A stretch of 32,000 bases of DNA. Source: Cupriavidus necator. GTDB lineage: Bacteria; Pseudomonadota; Gammaproteobacteria; Burkholderiales; Burkholderiaceae. The notes below the pieces were generated by a model. The model saw nothing but the letters and a program-made list of their open reading frames with translations. It did not search any database and was not told the DNA's origin. The stretch spans positions 390,001 to 422,000 of the forward strand of contig NZ_CP066019.1 of assembly GCF_016127575.1 (NCBI RefSeq). The letters run 5' to 3'. The first letter of the stretch is position 1. Each line of letters begins with the position of its first letter. Positions 1-8,023 of the stretch are shown in pieces. A program made the position numbers and the translations under genes.

Positions 1-309
1 CACGTTGCACTTGCCCATGGCGATGGCCTGCGCGGCATGCGATACATGGGCCAGGTAGGACGAGCCGCCGGTTTCGGTCGAGTCGACATGGCGCACATTC
101 AGGCCCATGTAGTCGATCATGTTGATCACGCCGAGGCCGGGAGCATCGCCGGCGCAGAAGTAGCCGTCGACATCGGCCAGCGTCAGCCCGGCGTCTTCCA
201 GTGCGCCCTTGGCGCTTTCCGCGTGGAGCTGCGCCACGGTCTTGTCGGGTGCCTTGCGGGTGGGGTGCTCGTAGGCGCCTACGATGTATGCCTTGCCTTT
301 GATGCTCAT
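1..309 (-). CDS. thiolase-like protein (acetyl-CoA acetyltransferase / SCP-x type), first 103 codons; the gene runs off the left edge
   Basis: The reverse complement of 1-309 reads MSIKGKAYIVGAYEHPTRKAPDKTVAQLHAESAKGALEDAGLTLADVDGYFCAGDAPGLGVINMIDYMGLNVRHVDSTETGGSSYLAHVSHAAQAIAMGKCNV with no stop. The ATG is the complement of 307-309, with AGGAAG 5 nt upstream. It is absent from the ORF track because it is open at the window edge. Confidence 0.8.
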   Translation of the reverse strand, partial: MSIKGKAYIVGAYEHPTRKAPDKTVAQLHAESAKGALEDAGLTLADVDGYFCAGDAPGLGVINMIDYMGLNVRHVDSTETGGSSYLAHVSHAAQAIAMGKCNV

Positions 310-380
310 GCTTGCTTCCTGTGTGTGGACAAAGGGTTGGGGGTTCCGGCGGGCGGATGGCCTTCCGGCAGTGTGTTGCG

Positions 381-986
381 CTAACGGCTGTCTGCGCTGG
401 CCGGGTTCGGCTCCGTTTGCACGTCCGGGGCGCCGCGGCGATGCGGCGGCCACAGCAGCTTCACGACCTCGCCGTCCTCGCGGTAGGTGTGGCAGGTGTT
501 CAGTGCCGCGGGCTGCGGCAGCGGCGCGGTGCCGTCGGCATGCCAGCGGCCGCCGCGCTCGCGGCGGTCGACCGCGAAAATGGTCTGCCGGGCCGTGGTG
601 GCCAGCGGTCCGAGCAGTTCGGTGAGGTGGGTGCAGCCGCGCACACCACCGACGATGGCGCTGGCCTGGCGGCGAAAGCCTGCCCGGATCTGCAAGCCCT
701 TCAGGCCGGCATAGGCGGACGCGATGTCGGCGCACTGGCTGGTCGGGCCGGCGGACAGCGTTGCGCCGATGTCATGGATCACCAGGTCGCGGCTCACCGT
801 GATCACGATGCGCATGTGATGGATAGCTTCGCCCGGGCCCAGGCGCTTGAACAGCAGGTGCGTGCCGGTTGGCGTGATGTCCGTCATCTCGGCCTCGATG
901 TCGAACAGGCCGTCGGCGCGCTCGTAGCCGTTGCAGGTCACGTGGCGCGTATGGATGCGATTGCGGTCGGGAAGGGTCGGCTTCAT
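381..986 (-). CDS. DUF2889 domain protein
   Basis: Track ORF of 201 aa. The central GCTHLTELLGPLATTA motif and overall layout match DUF2889 as I recall it. It ends 72 nt upstream of the thiolase-like start on the same strand. Confidence 0.75.
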   Translation of the reverse strand: MKPTLPDRNRIHTRHVTCNGYERADGLFDIEAEMTDITPTGTHLLFKRLGPGEAIHHMRIVITVSRDLVIHDIGATLSAGPTSQCADIASAYAGLKGLQIRAGFRRQASAIVGGVRGCTHLTELLGPLATTARQTIFAVDRRERGGRWHADGTAPLPQPAALNTCHTYREDGEVVKLLWPPHRRGAPDVQTEPNPASADSR

Positions 987-1004
987 GGGGGCTCGTCGCG
1001 GGGC

Positions 1005-1349
1005 TCAGGCAGCGTATCGCCAGGACTCGTTGCCGGCATGGAAAGGAGAGGGGCGCCGCAATCCCTGCATGCGGCGGTGCGCGGCCCAGAACAGCACGCG
1101 CAAAGGGAGGTCGAGGCTGCCGCTGGCGTCGTGGCATTGCACGGCATCCGGTTCGACCGCCACGCCAAGCTCGGCTGCCGACGCATATCCCACCACGCTC
1201 ACGCGGGCGTCGCCGTGCTGCAGGCATTCGCCGAGCAAGGCACGCAGGGCTTCCGGGTAGGACGGTGCGCCGGGGCGGCTCGAGCTTGCCAGCGCCCGCT
1301 GTTGCAGCTGGCGGCTGGCCTGCCTGACTTCCTGCAGGAGGTCCATCAT
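1005..1349 (-). CDS. hypothetical protein (114 aa), first gene of the hypothetical/DUF2889/thiolase-like operon
   Basis: Trimmed from track ORF 1005-1559 to the internal ATGATG at 1344-1349. Third codon positions are almost all G/C in this frame. No recognisable domain. It ends 18 nt before the DUF2889 start. Confidence 0.45.
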   Translation of the reverse strand: MMDLLQEVRQASRQLQQRALASSSRPGAPSYPEALRALLGECLQHGDARVSVVGYASAAELGVAVEPDAVQCHDASGSLDLPLRVLFWAAHRRMQGLRRPSPFHAGNESWRYAA

Positions 1350-1736
1350 GCGCTCTCGCGGCGCGGTGGCGTGGGCAGGCTGGTGCCCTGCGCGGGGCCG
1401 TGGTGGTAGCGGCGTGGTGCAAACGTATGCTGACATCGGAATGTGCGGGTGATGCGCCGGCCACGATGGCGGCGCGGAGCCTGCGAAGCAGTGTGAAGCC
1501 GGCAGCCGTCCGGCATCCCCACTCGACGAGGGGGGGCGAGTGCGCCCGGTACGCCGCACGACGCCTTAAGTCCGCCTTGCAGTGAAACAGCCCCGCGCTC
1601 CAGGTGACAGAAACGGGCCCATTCAACTGCCCGTCCGCCGCAGGCCATATGCGCCGCGATGCGCCACCCGCGTCGGGGAGTGCCTGGCGCCATGGCAGCG
1701 GCAATCATGCTTCCAGTACTGCCTTCCTGTTACCGC

Positions 1737-2363
1737 ATGCCTACGACCAACCCGCATCTTCATTACGTTCCAGCCGGCGTCACGCTTCCCGTGGCGGCGC
1801 ATGAAGGTGATCCCTTTCGAAGCCTGAAGGTCATGGCCGAGGCGAATCCGGACGCCGTCGTGGCCACCGACGAGGCCGGCGGACCGCTGACCTGCGCGCA
1901 GTTGCTGAATGCGAGCCTCATGCTGGCGGGATACATGCAGCAGCGCCTGGATGTCCGCGGCGGCGAGCGTGTGTTGCTGATGCTGCCGGCATATCCCCCG
2001 CTGGCAATTGGCTGGTATGCCGCGCTGCGCTGCGATGCTGGCGTGGTCTCGCTGGACCCTTGCAGCTCCGCTGGGGAAGTGGCGGTATGCCTGAGCGAGT
2101 CCGGGGCACGCGTGGCCATTGTCCTGGCGGACGCGCTGGCCAGCGTGAATCCCATGCTGGAGAACGGACGGCTGCGCGCCTGCATTGCCGCGGCGCCGCC
2201 CGCTTCAGACTGGCGCCGCTCGGGCGGCGCGGGACAGCATCCACGGGTGCATGCATTCGGCGATGCCCTGGCGGCGGGCATCGAGGCGATGCCGGCGCGG
2301 GGCTCGGGCAATGCGCCCGCCTCCCCGCGTGGCGCCCGTACGCCGCACAACTTCCTCCGCTAA
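1737..2363 (+). pseudogene. 5' fragment of an AMP-dependent acyl-CoA synthetase/ligase (N-terminal ~200 aa only)
   Basis: From ATG 1737 the frame reads MPTTNPHLHYVP...PDAVVATDEAGGPLTCAQLLNASLMLAGYMQQRLDVRGGERVLLMLPAYPPLAIGWYAALRCDAGVVSLDPCSSAGEVAVCLSESGARVAIVLAD, typical of the N-terminal subdomain of adenylate-forming ligases. The frame stops at 2361-2363 before any TSGTTG-type AMP motif. None of the three forward frames downstream continues the family. Confidence 0.6.
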
Positions 2364-2477
2364 CGACACTGCGCCGCAGTCGCCCCTGTTTCTGTCGATG
2401 CGCCGCGGCGGATTGCCCGGTCCGGCGCATCGAGTCTCCACCCCCTGCGGTCTGCTCGGGCCCAGCGGGACTTATCG

Positions 2478-2509
2478 CTCCGGCCACCCGGCGGGAGCGT
2501 TCTTTTTTT
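2478..2509 (+). terminator. candidate rho-independent terminator downstream of the ligase fragment
   Basis: The stem ctccggcc-accc-ggcgggag has one internal mismatch and is followed by cgttcttttttt (T7 run at 2503-2509). Confidence 0.35.
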
Positions 2510-2750
2510 CAAACCACCCGATCCGGAATGCTGCGCCCGGCGCATTGAGCGTGCACGATTGCGATACGCGCGGGGTCATGTGCAACGGCTGCCGACGGGC
2601 GCCGATATGTTGCGCTTGCGCGCCGTGACCTGTCCGGTCGCGTCATAAGCGCTGGTGTCGGTGCGCCTCACTGGTCGCCCACGTTATCCTTGCCGTCGTC
2701 GGCGTGGCGCTTAATACCCGTTTTCCGGCGCAGGCATGGACCTATCATCT

Positions 2751-2759
2751 CCCCCCCCC
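2751..2759. repeat. C9 homopolymer about 190 nt upstream of the porin start
   Basis: Nine consecutive C at 2751-2759, read directly. Its last three bases form the foot of an imperfect hairpin spanning 2757-2804. Confidence 0.6.
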
Positions 2760-2950
2760 AGAGACGAGGGGGCAGGCGGGGTGGCACACCCCCTCCCGTC
2801 TGGGAGGTGGATCGGCGGCAGACAGTGGTCTCCTTGCCGGTGCGCACACAGGGATTCGAAGTGCGCCGCGTACCCGGCGGTCCGGGGCCAGAGACGGTGG
2901 CCTCCGCCATTCAACCGGGGCGCAGGGGATCCACATGGAGAAGACGAGCT

Positions 2951-4123
2951 ATGAAGAAAACAAAATTGGCCCTGGCGGTATGGGGAGCGCTTGCCGGGTT
3001 CAATGCTGCCGCGCAAACGAGCAGCGTGACGCTGTACGGTGTGATCGACGTGCCGATCGAGTATGTAAACCGGGTCGCCACGGCGCAGCCGACCGTGGTG
3101 AACGGGCAGCCGGTGTTCGCTAACACCGGCGGCTCGCGCGTGTCGATGCTGCCGCTGGGCGGCAGGGCGCCGTCGCGCTGGGGACTGCGCGGCGTGGAGG
3201 ACCTGGGGGGCGGAAACAGCGCCATCTTCGTGCTGGAAAGCGGCTTCACGGCTGATTCGGGCGCCATGACATCGGGCAGGCTGTTCGGCCGCCAGTCCTA
3301 TGTCGGCCTGCAGAGCAAGACCTACGGCAAGCTGATGTTCGGCCGCCAGTACACCTCTCTTTTCGAGGGGCTGTCGAACTTCACGCCCACGCGGTATGCG
3401 TCGACGTATGACCCCGTCGCCTGGCAGCTCGGCATCAACTATCGCGAGGACAACACGATCAAATACCTGGGCACGTTCGGCCCGGTAACGGTGGCGGCGC
3501 ACTACTCGTTTGGCGTTGGCGTGCCGCTGATTGGCGCCACGCCGCTCGCAGGCGGCGGTGCCGGCGAGACGCCGGGGGCGTTCCGCGACAACAACGGCTA
3601 TGGCGCGGCGGTGACATACCTGAACGGCACCTTCGGCGCGACGCTGGCGTATGACGAATGGCATCCCGCGGTCACGTCGGGCCAGCAAGGCGTCGCCCGC
3701 AAGCTTGGCACCGCCGTCAGCTATGCCGCTGGCCCGTTCAAGGCCATGCTGGGCTATCGCTGGGCTAAGACCGACTTCGCCAATGGCAACACGCTGGCGC
3801 GCGACGACTATTACTGGGCTGGCATCAATTATGACATTACCCGGGCACTCGAGCTGACGCTAGCCTACTACTACGCCGACTTCAAATCCCTGCGCCTGGG
3901 GCCGACCGCGCCGAGCCTTGCTCCCGCGAACCCGTGGCAGACGACGCTTATTCTCGACTACCGCCTCTCGAAGCGTACCGACGTCTACTTGGCCACGGCC
4001 TACGCACGCAACGCGGGCCTGAACTTCGACTCCACACAGACCGCGTTCCTGTTCAACTATCCGTCGATGGCCGGACAGAAGGGCATGTTCGGCGTTTCCA
4101 CCGGCATTCGTCACACCTTCTGA
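2951..4123 (+). CDS. Gram-negative (Burkholderiales OmpC-like) trimeric porin, 390 aa
   Basis: ATG 2951 has GGAG at 2937-2940. The signal peptide is MKKTKLALAVWGALAGFNAAAQ/TSSVTLYGVIDV. The body is rich in alternating aromatic/Gly beta-strands, and the C-terminus ...GVSTGIRHTF ends in Phe, the outer-membrane barrel signature. The track ORF start at 2690 is an upstream extension. Confidence 0.9.
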   Translation: MKKTKLALAVWGALAGFNAAAQTSSVTLYGVIDVPIEYVNRVATAQPTVVNGQPVFANTGGSRVSMLPLGGRAPSRWGLRGVEDLGGGNSAIFVLESGFTADSGAMTSGRLFGRQSYVGLQSKTYGKLMFGRQYTSLFEGLSNFTPTRYASTYDPVAWQLGINYREDNTIKYLGTFGPVTVAAHYSFGVGVPLIGATPLAGGGAGETPGAFRDNNGYGAAVTYLNGTFGATLAYDEWHPAVTSGQQGVARKLGTAVSYAAGPFKAMLGYRWAKTDFANGNTLARDDYYWAGINYDITRALELTLAYYYADFKSLRLGPTAPSLAPANPWQTTLILDYRLSKRTDVYLATAYARNAGLNFDSTQTAFLFNYPSMAGQKGMFGVSTGIRHTF

Positions 4124-4248
4124 TCCGCAGACGGTTCGTAGCAAGGGCGGGTTGCTGCCCGCAGCCGCCCGCCACTACCGGTGCCGCGACATCCGCTCTG
4201 TGCGGGTGCGCGCGCGGTGCCGGCGAGCAATTAACCCAGGAGTACGCG

Positions 4249-7200
4249 TTGCAAACCACCTATGACTATATCGTGATTGGCGCCGGGTCTGCGGGCTGCG
4301 CCGTCGCAGGCCGCCTGGCTGACGCCCGTGCCGGCACCGTTGCGGTGCTTGAGGCGGGTGGGCATGACTGCCGCCCGGCCATTACGGTCCCAATCGGATT
4401 TGCGTCGACGGTGCCGAAGCCCGGCCCGTTCAACTACGGCTTCACGACCGAGCCGCAGCGTGCGCTCGGGGGGCGGCGCGGCTACCAGCCGCGGGGCCGG
4501 GTGCTGGGTGGAAGCTCGTCGATTAACGGTATGATCTATATCCGCGGAACGCCGTCCGACTACGACGGTTGGGCGGCCGCAGGTTGCGAAGGGTGGGGGT
4601 GGAGCGATGTCCTGCCGTACTTCAAACGGGCGGAATGCAATGAACGCCTGGGCGGCGGTACCGAAGACGACTGGCACGGCGGGAGTGGTCCGCTGCATGT
4701 GGTCGATACCCGCTCGCTCAATCCATTCGACCGGCGATTCGTCGAGGCAGCGCAGGCCGCCGGCTACCGGTACAACCACGATTTTAACGGCGCGCAGCAG
4801 GAAGGCATCGGCTTTTACCAGCGCACCCAACGCGACGGCGAGCGCTGGAACACGGCGCGCGCCTATCTGCATGGCGGCGATGCCTCGTCGCTCAATGGCG
4901 GCCGCCCGAACCTCGATGTGCTGACGGACACACAGGTCCTGCGTATCGTGTTCGAGAACAAGCGAGCGACCGGCGTTGCAGTGGTGCGCGGCGGGGTCGA
5001 GCAAGTGCTTCGCGCGCGCCGCGAGATCATCCTCACCGCCGGCGCATTCGGCTCGCCGCAACTGTTGATGGCCTCCGGCATCGGTCCGGCGGGCCATCTG
5101 CGCGACATGGGTATCGACGTTATCCATGACGCCCCGGAAGTCGGGCAGAACCTGCAGGAACACCCAGACATGAAACTCGGGCACCGGCTGGTCAGCGCCG
5201 ACCTGTACGCCTTTACGCTACGCGGGGCGCTGCGTCTGGCAAGCGAGTGGCGACGCTACCGGAAGCAGCGCTTCGGCATGTTTGCTTCCAATATCGCCGA
5301 GTGCGGCGGCTTCCTGAAGAGCCGTCCGGACCTCGCCGATCCCGACCTGCAGCTGCACTTCACCGCGACGCTGGGAGATCCGAACGCGCGCAACGTCCAC
5401 GGCTACTGCCTGCATGTGTGCGTGCTTCGCCCCCGCAGCCGCGGGGAGGTCCTGCTGGCCAGCCCGGACGCGCGCCAGGCACCGAAGATCGACCAGAACC
5501 TGCTGGCAGATGCGTACGACATGGAGACCCTGCTGGCGGGCACGAAGATCATCCATCGCATTCTCGGCCAGGAGCCGCTTGCGCGGCTTGGCGGAAAGCC
5601 CCACAAGTATGGACATTTGCGCTTCGATGGCAGCGACGATGAAGCGGTACGCGAACTGATCCGCGAGCGCGCCGACGTTGTCTTCCATCCTGTCGGCACT
5701 TGCCGAATGGGGAGCGACAGCGGATCCGTGGTCGACCCGCAACTGCGCGTGCGCGGCGTCGAAGGACTGCGCGTGGCCGACGCCTCGGTCATGCCGGCCC
5801 TCATCGGTGGCAACACCAACGCGCCCGCGATCATGATTGGCGAAAAGGCGGCCGACCTTGTGCGCGGCATCGCGCGCGCGGGCGGCGACGCGATAGTCGA
5901 CGGCCACGCACCCGGGCGTGCACCGGTGACGGAAGCCGGCGCAGCCAGTACGGCTTGGGCAAAAGCTGACGTTTCCCGGGCTGCGGCGCCCTCCATCAGC
6001 AAAGCGATGCTGGCGAGCGCCCTGGTGGCGGCGCTGTCCTCGGGCGCTCACGCCGTCACTGCGCCGGACCCGGCCAAGCCCGCGAGCGCCACGACCGCCG
6101 CCAGCAACGCCGCGGTGCACCAGCAACTGCCGTTCACGGACCGCGCCGACTACGAGGCGGTCGAGCGCGGGCTGGTCGCGCCGTTTCGCGGGGAAGTCCG
6201 CGACGCGTCCGGCCGAGTGATCTGGAATCCGGCAGACTACGACTTCCTGCGTGCCGAGGCCGCGCCGGACACGGTCAATCCCAGCCTCTGGCGCATGGCG
6301 CAGCTCAACGCGCACGCCGGACTGTTCCGGGTCACCGACGGGGTCTACCAAGTGCGCGGCATGGACCTCGCCAACATGTCGATCATCGAAGGCCGGACCG
6401 GCGTGATCGTGGTCGATCCGCTGACCCGATCGGAAACCGCGCGGGCGGCGCTGGAACTGTACTACGCCAACCGGCCGCGCAAGCCGGTGGTCGCCGTCAT
6501 CTACAGCCACAGCCACGTGGACCACTTCGGAGGGGTACGGGGCGTGGTCGACGAGGCGGACGTCAAGGCGGGCAAGGTCGCGATCCTGGCGCCGGCGGGC
6601 TTCATGCAGGAGGCGGCAAGCGAAAACGTCTTTGCCGGGACGGCCATGTTCCGTCGCGCCATCTACCAGGGAGGATACGGCGTGGTGCGCGGCGCCCGGG
6701 GCCAGGTCGATACCGGGATCGGCAAGGGCGTGCCGCTGGGCGGCACTACAGGCCTCATTCCACCCACGGTGCAGATCGTTAAACCCTACGAGGCGCGGCA
6801 CATCGATGGTGTGGCATTTGAGTTTCAGTTGACGCCCGGCACTGAAGCGCCCGCCGAAATGAACTTCTACCTGCCCGGCAAGCGCGCGCTGTGCATGGCG
6901 GAGAACGCGACACGGACGATGCACAACATTCTGACGCCGCGCGGCGCGCTGGTGCGCGATCCGAAGGCGTGGGGCAGGTTCCTGGACGCGAGCCTGGTCA
7001 GGTATGGCGATCGCGCCGACGTGCTGTTCGCTCAACACAACTGGCCGACCTGGGGCGGCGAGAACATCCGCACGATGCTGGCCGACGAGCGCGACATGTA
7101 CACCTTCCTCAACGACCGCACGCTGCACCTGATCAACCAGGGCATGACGCCGCTGGAGATTGCCGACACCATGAAAAAGTTGCCCGGCAAGCTGGATCAG

Positions 7201-7974
7201 ACGTGGTACACGCGCGGCTACTACGGCTCGCTCAGCTTCAACGCGCGGGCCGTGTACCAGCGCTACATGGGCTTCTATGACGGCAACCCGGCCAACCTCG
7301 ACCCGCTGCCGCCGGTCGAGTCCGGCAAGCGCTACGTGCAAGCCATGGGCGGGTCCGGCCACGTGCTGGACCTGATGCGCGATGCCATGGCGAAGGGCGA
7401 TTTCCGCTGGGCGGCGCAGCTCGGCAACAACCTTGTGTTCGCCGAACCCGGCAATACCGCGGCCCGCCAGGCGCAGGCAGATACGCTGGAACAGCTTGCC
7501 TACCAGAGCGAGAATTCGCTCTGGCGCAATATGTACCTGAGCGGCGCCAAGGAGCTGCGCGGCGGCGTGCCGACGCTGGGCTCCGTTCGCAACGCCGCCG
7601 ACCTCGTCAGGGCGATGGAACCGTCCATGTTCTTCGACTACATGGGCGTGCGCCTGGATTCGGACAAGGCCCAGGGACACGACATGACGCTGAACTGGGT
7701 GTTCACCGATCTGGGCAAGCCTTTCGCGCTGACGCTGCGCAACGGCGTGCTGACATACCGCGAGAACAGCCGCCATGCCAGGGCCGATGCCACCGTGACC
7801 ATGACCAAGGCGACGCTGGACGGCATCGGCCTGCGCGAACTGGACTTGCCTCAGGCGGTACGCGAGGGCAAGGTGAAGGTGGAGGGCGACGCGGGCAAGC
7901 TGACGCAGCTCATAGGCATGCTGGCCACGTTCGATCCGTCGTTTGGCATCGTGGCACCGCTGGCAACGCAGTAG
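4249..7974 (+). CDS. continuous 1241-codon ORF: a GMC-family FAD oxidoreductase (choline / long-chain-alcohol dehydrogenase-like) fused in frame to an SdsA1-type MBL-fold alkyl/aryl-sulfatase
   Basis: TTG 4249 lies 6 nt after AGGAG (4238-4242). GMC hallmarks are QTTYDYIVIGAGSAGCAVAGRLAD, GSSSINGMIY, FHPVGTCRMG and NTNAPAIMIGEKAADLVRG (ending near 5870). The same frame stays open to TAG 7972-7974. Positions 3934-4248 of the track ORF overlap the porin gene and are not coding. Confidence 0.7.
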   Translation: MQTTYDYIVIGAGSAGCAVAGRLADARAGTVAVLEAGGHDCRPAITVPIGFASTVPKPGPFNYGFTTEPQRALGGRRGYQPRGRVLGGSSSINGMIYIRGTPSDYDGWAAAGCEGWGWSDVLPYFKRAECNERLGGGTEDDWHGGSGPLHVVDTRSLNPFDRRFVEAAQAAGYRYNHDFNGAQQEGIGFYQRTQRDGERWNTARAYLHGGDASSLNGGRPNLDVLTDTQVLRIVFENKRATGVAVVRGGVEQVLRARREIILTAGAFGSPQLLMASGIGPAGHLRDMGIDVIHDAPEVGQNLQEHPDMKLGHRLVSADLYAFTLRGALRLASEWRRYRKQRFGMFASNIAECGGFLKSRPDLADPDLQLHFTATLGDPNARNVHGYCLHVCVLRPRSRGEVLLASPDARQAPKIDQNLLADAYDMETLLAGTKIIHRILGQEPLARLGGKPHKYGHLRFDGSDDEAVRELIRERADVVFHPVGTCRMGSDSGSVVDPQLRVRGVEGLRVADASVMPALIGGNTNAPAIMIGEKAADLVRGIARAGGDAIVDGHAPGRAPVTEAGAASTAWAKADVSRAAAPSISKAMLASALVAALSSGAHAVTAPDPAKPASATTAASNAAVHQQLPFTDRADYEAVERGLVAPFRGEVRDASGRVIWNPADYDFLRAEAAPDTVNPSLWRMAQLNAHAGLFRVTDGVYQVRGMDLANMSIIEGRTGVIVVDPLTRSETARAALELYYANRPRKPVVAVIYSHSHVDHFGGVRGVVDEADVKAGKVAILAPAGFMQEAASENVFAGTAMFRRAIYQGGYGVVRGARGQVDTGIGKGVPLGGTTGLIPPTVQIVKPYEARHIDGVAFEFQLTPGTEAPAEMNFYLPGKRALCMAENATRTMHNILTPRGALVRDPKAWGRFLDASLVRYGDRADVLFAQHNWPTWGGENIRTMLADERDMYTFLNDRTLHLINQGMTPLEIADTMKKLPGKLDQTWYTRGYYGSLSFNARAVYQRYMGFYDGNPANLDPLPPVESGKRYVQAMGGSGHVLDLMRDAMAKGDFRWAAQLGNNLVFAEPGNTAARQAQADTLEQLAYQSENSLWRNMYLSGAKELRGGVPTLGSVRNAADLVRAMEPSMFFDYMGVRLDSDKAQGHDMTLNWVFTDLGKPFALTLRNGVLTYRENSRHARADATVTMTKATLDGIGLRELDLPQAVREGKVKVEGDAGKLTQLIGMLATFDPSFGIVAPLATQ
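6007..7974 (+). CDS. SdsA1-like alkyl/aryl-sulfatase module (655 aa if translated independently from ATG 6007)
   Basis: It starts with the signal-peptide-like MLASALVAALSSGAHA/VTAPD. It then carries LPFTDRADYEAVERGL, VNPSLWRMAQLN, YQVRGMDLANMSII, YSHSHVDHFGG (MBL HxHxDH), FYLPGKRALCMAEN, YYGSLSFNARAVYQRYMGFYDGNPANLDPL and an SCP2-like C-terminus. This is collinear with P. aeruginosa SdsA1 as I recall it. Module identity is confident (about 0.9). Whether it is a separate CDS is not: there is no upstream in-frame stop and no SD. Confidence 0.5.
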   Translation: MLASALVAALSSGAHAVTAPDPAKPASATTAASNAAVHQQLPFTDRADYEAVERGLVAPFRGEVRDASGRVIWNPADYDFLRAEAAPDTVNPSLWRMAQLNAHAGLFRVTDGVYQVRGMDLANMSIIEGRTGVIVVDPLTRSETARAALELYYANRPRKPVVAVIYSHSHVDHFGGVRGVVDEADVKAGKVAILAPAGFMQEAASENVFAGTAMFRRAIYQGGYGVVRGARGQVDTGIGKGVPLGGTTGLIPPTVQIVKPYEARHIDGVAFEFQLTPGTEAPAEMNFYLPGKRALCMAENATRTMHNILTPRGALVRDPKAWGRFLDASLVRYGDRADVLFAQHNWPTWGGENIRTMLADERDMYTFLNDRTLHLINQGMTPLEIADTMKKLPGKLDQTWYTRGYYGSLSFNARAVYQRYMGFYDGNPANLDPLPPVESGKRYVQAMGGSGHVLDLMRDAMAKGDFRWAAQLGNNLVFAEPGNTAARQAQADTLEQLAYQSENSLWRNMYLSGAKELRGGVPTLGSVRNAADLVRAMEPSMFFDYMGVRLDSDKAQGHDMTLNWVFTDLGKPFALTLRNGVLTYRENSRHARADATVTMTKATLDGIGLRELDLPQAVREGKVKVEGDAGKLTQLIGMLATFDPSFGIVAPLATQ

Positions 7975-7991
7975 GGGGCGAGCGGTGGCAC

Positions 7992-8018
7992 GCCGGGGCC
8001 GCACAAGGCGGCTCCGGC
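7992..8018. terminator. GC-rich hairpin between the convergent sulfatase and IclR genes (candidate bidirectional terminator)
   Basis: gccggggccgc-acaag-gcggctccggc forms an 11-bp stem with one G-T wobble. It is followed by gccgcttattcttt, which overlaps the IclR stop. Confidence 0.4.
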
Positions 8019-8023
8019 GCCGC

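Noticed and set aside
312-1704. Long overlapping ORFs (312-1409 +, 772-1704 -, 284-625 +, and others)
   Set aside because: They are antisense or out of frame relative to the DUF2889 and hypothetical genes. They have low-complexity Arg/Ala/Pro composition and no family motifs.
3934-4248. Upstream extension of the GMC ORF (track start GTG 3934)
   Set aside because: It overlaps the 3' end of the porin gene in another frame. TTG 4249 has a proper AGGAG, and the GMC FAD-binding motif begins immediately after it.
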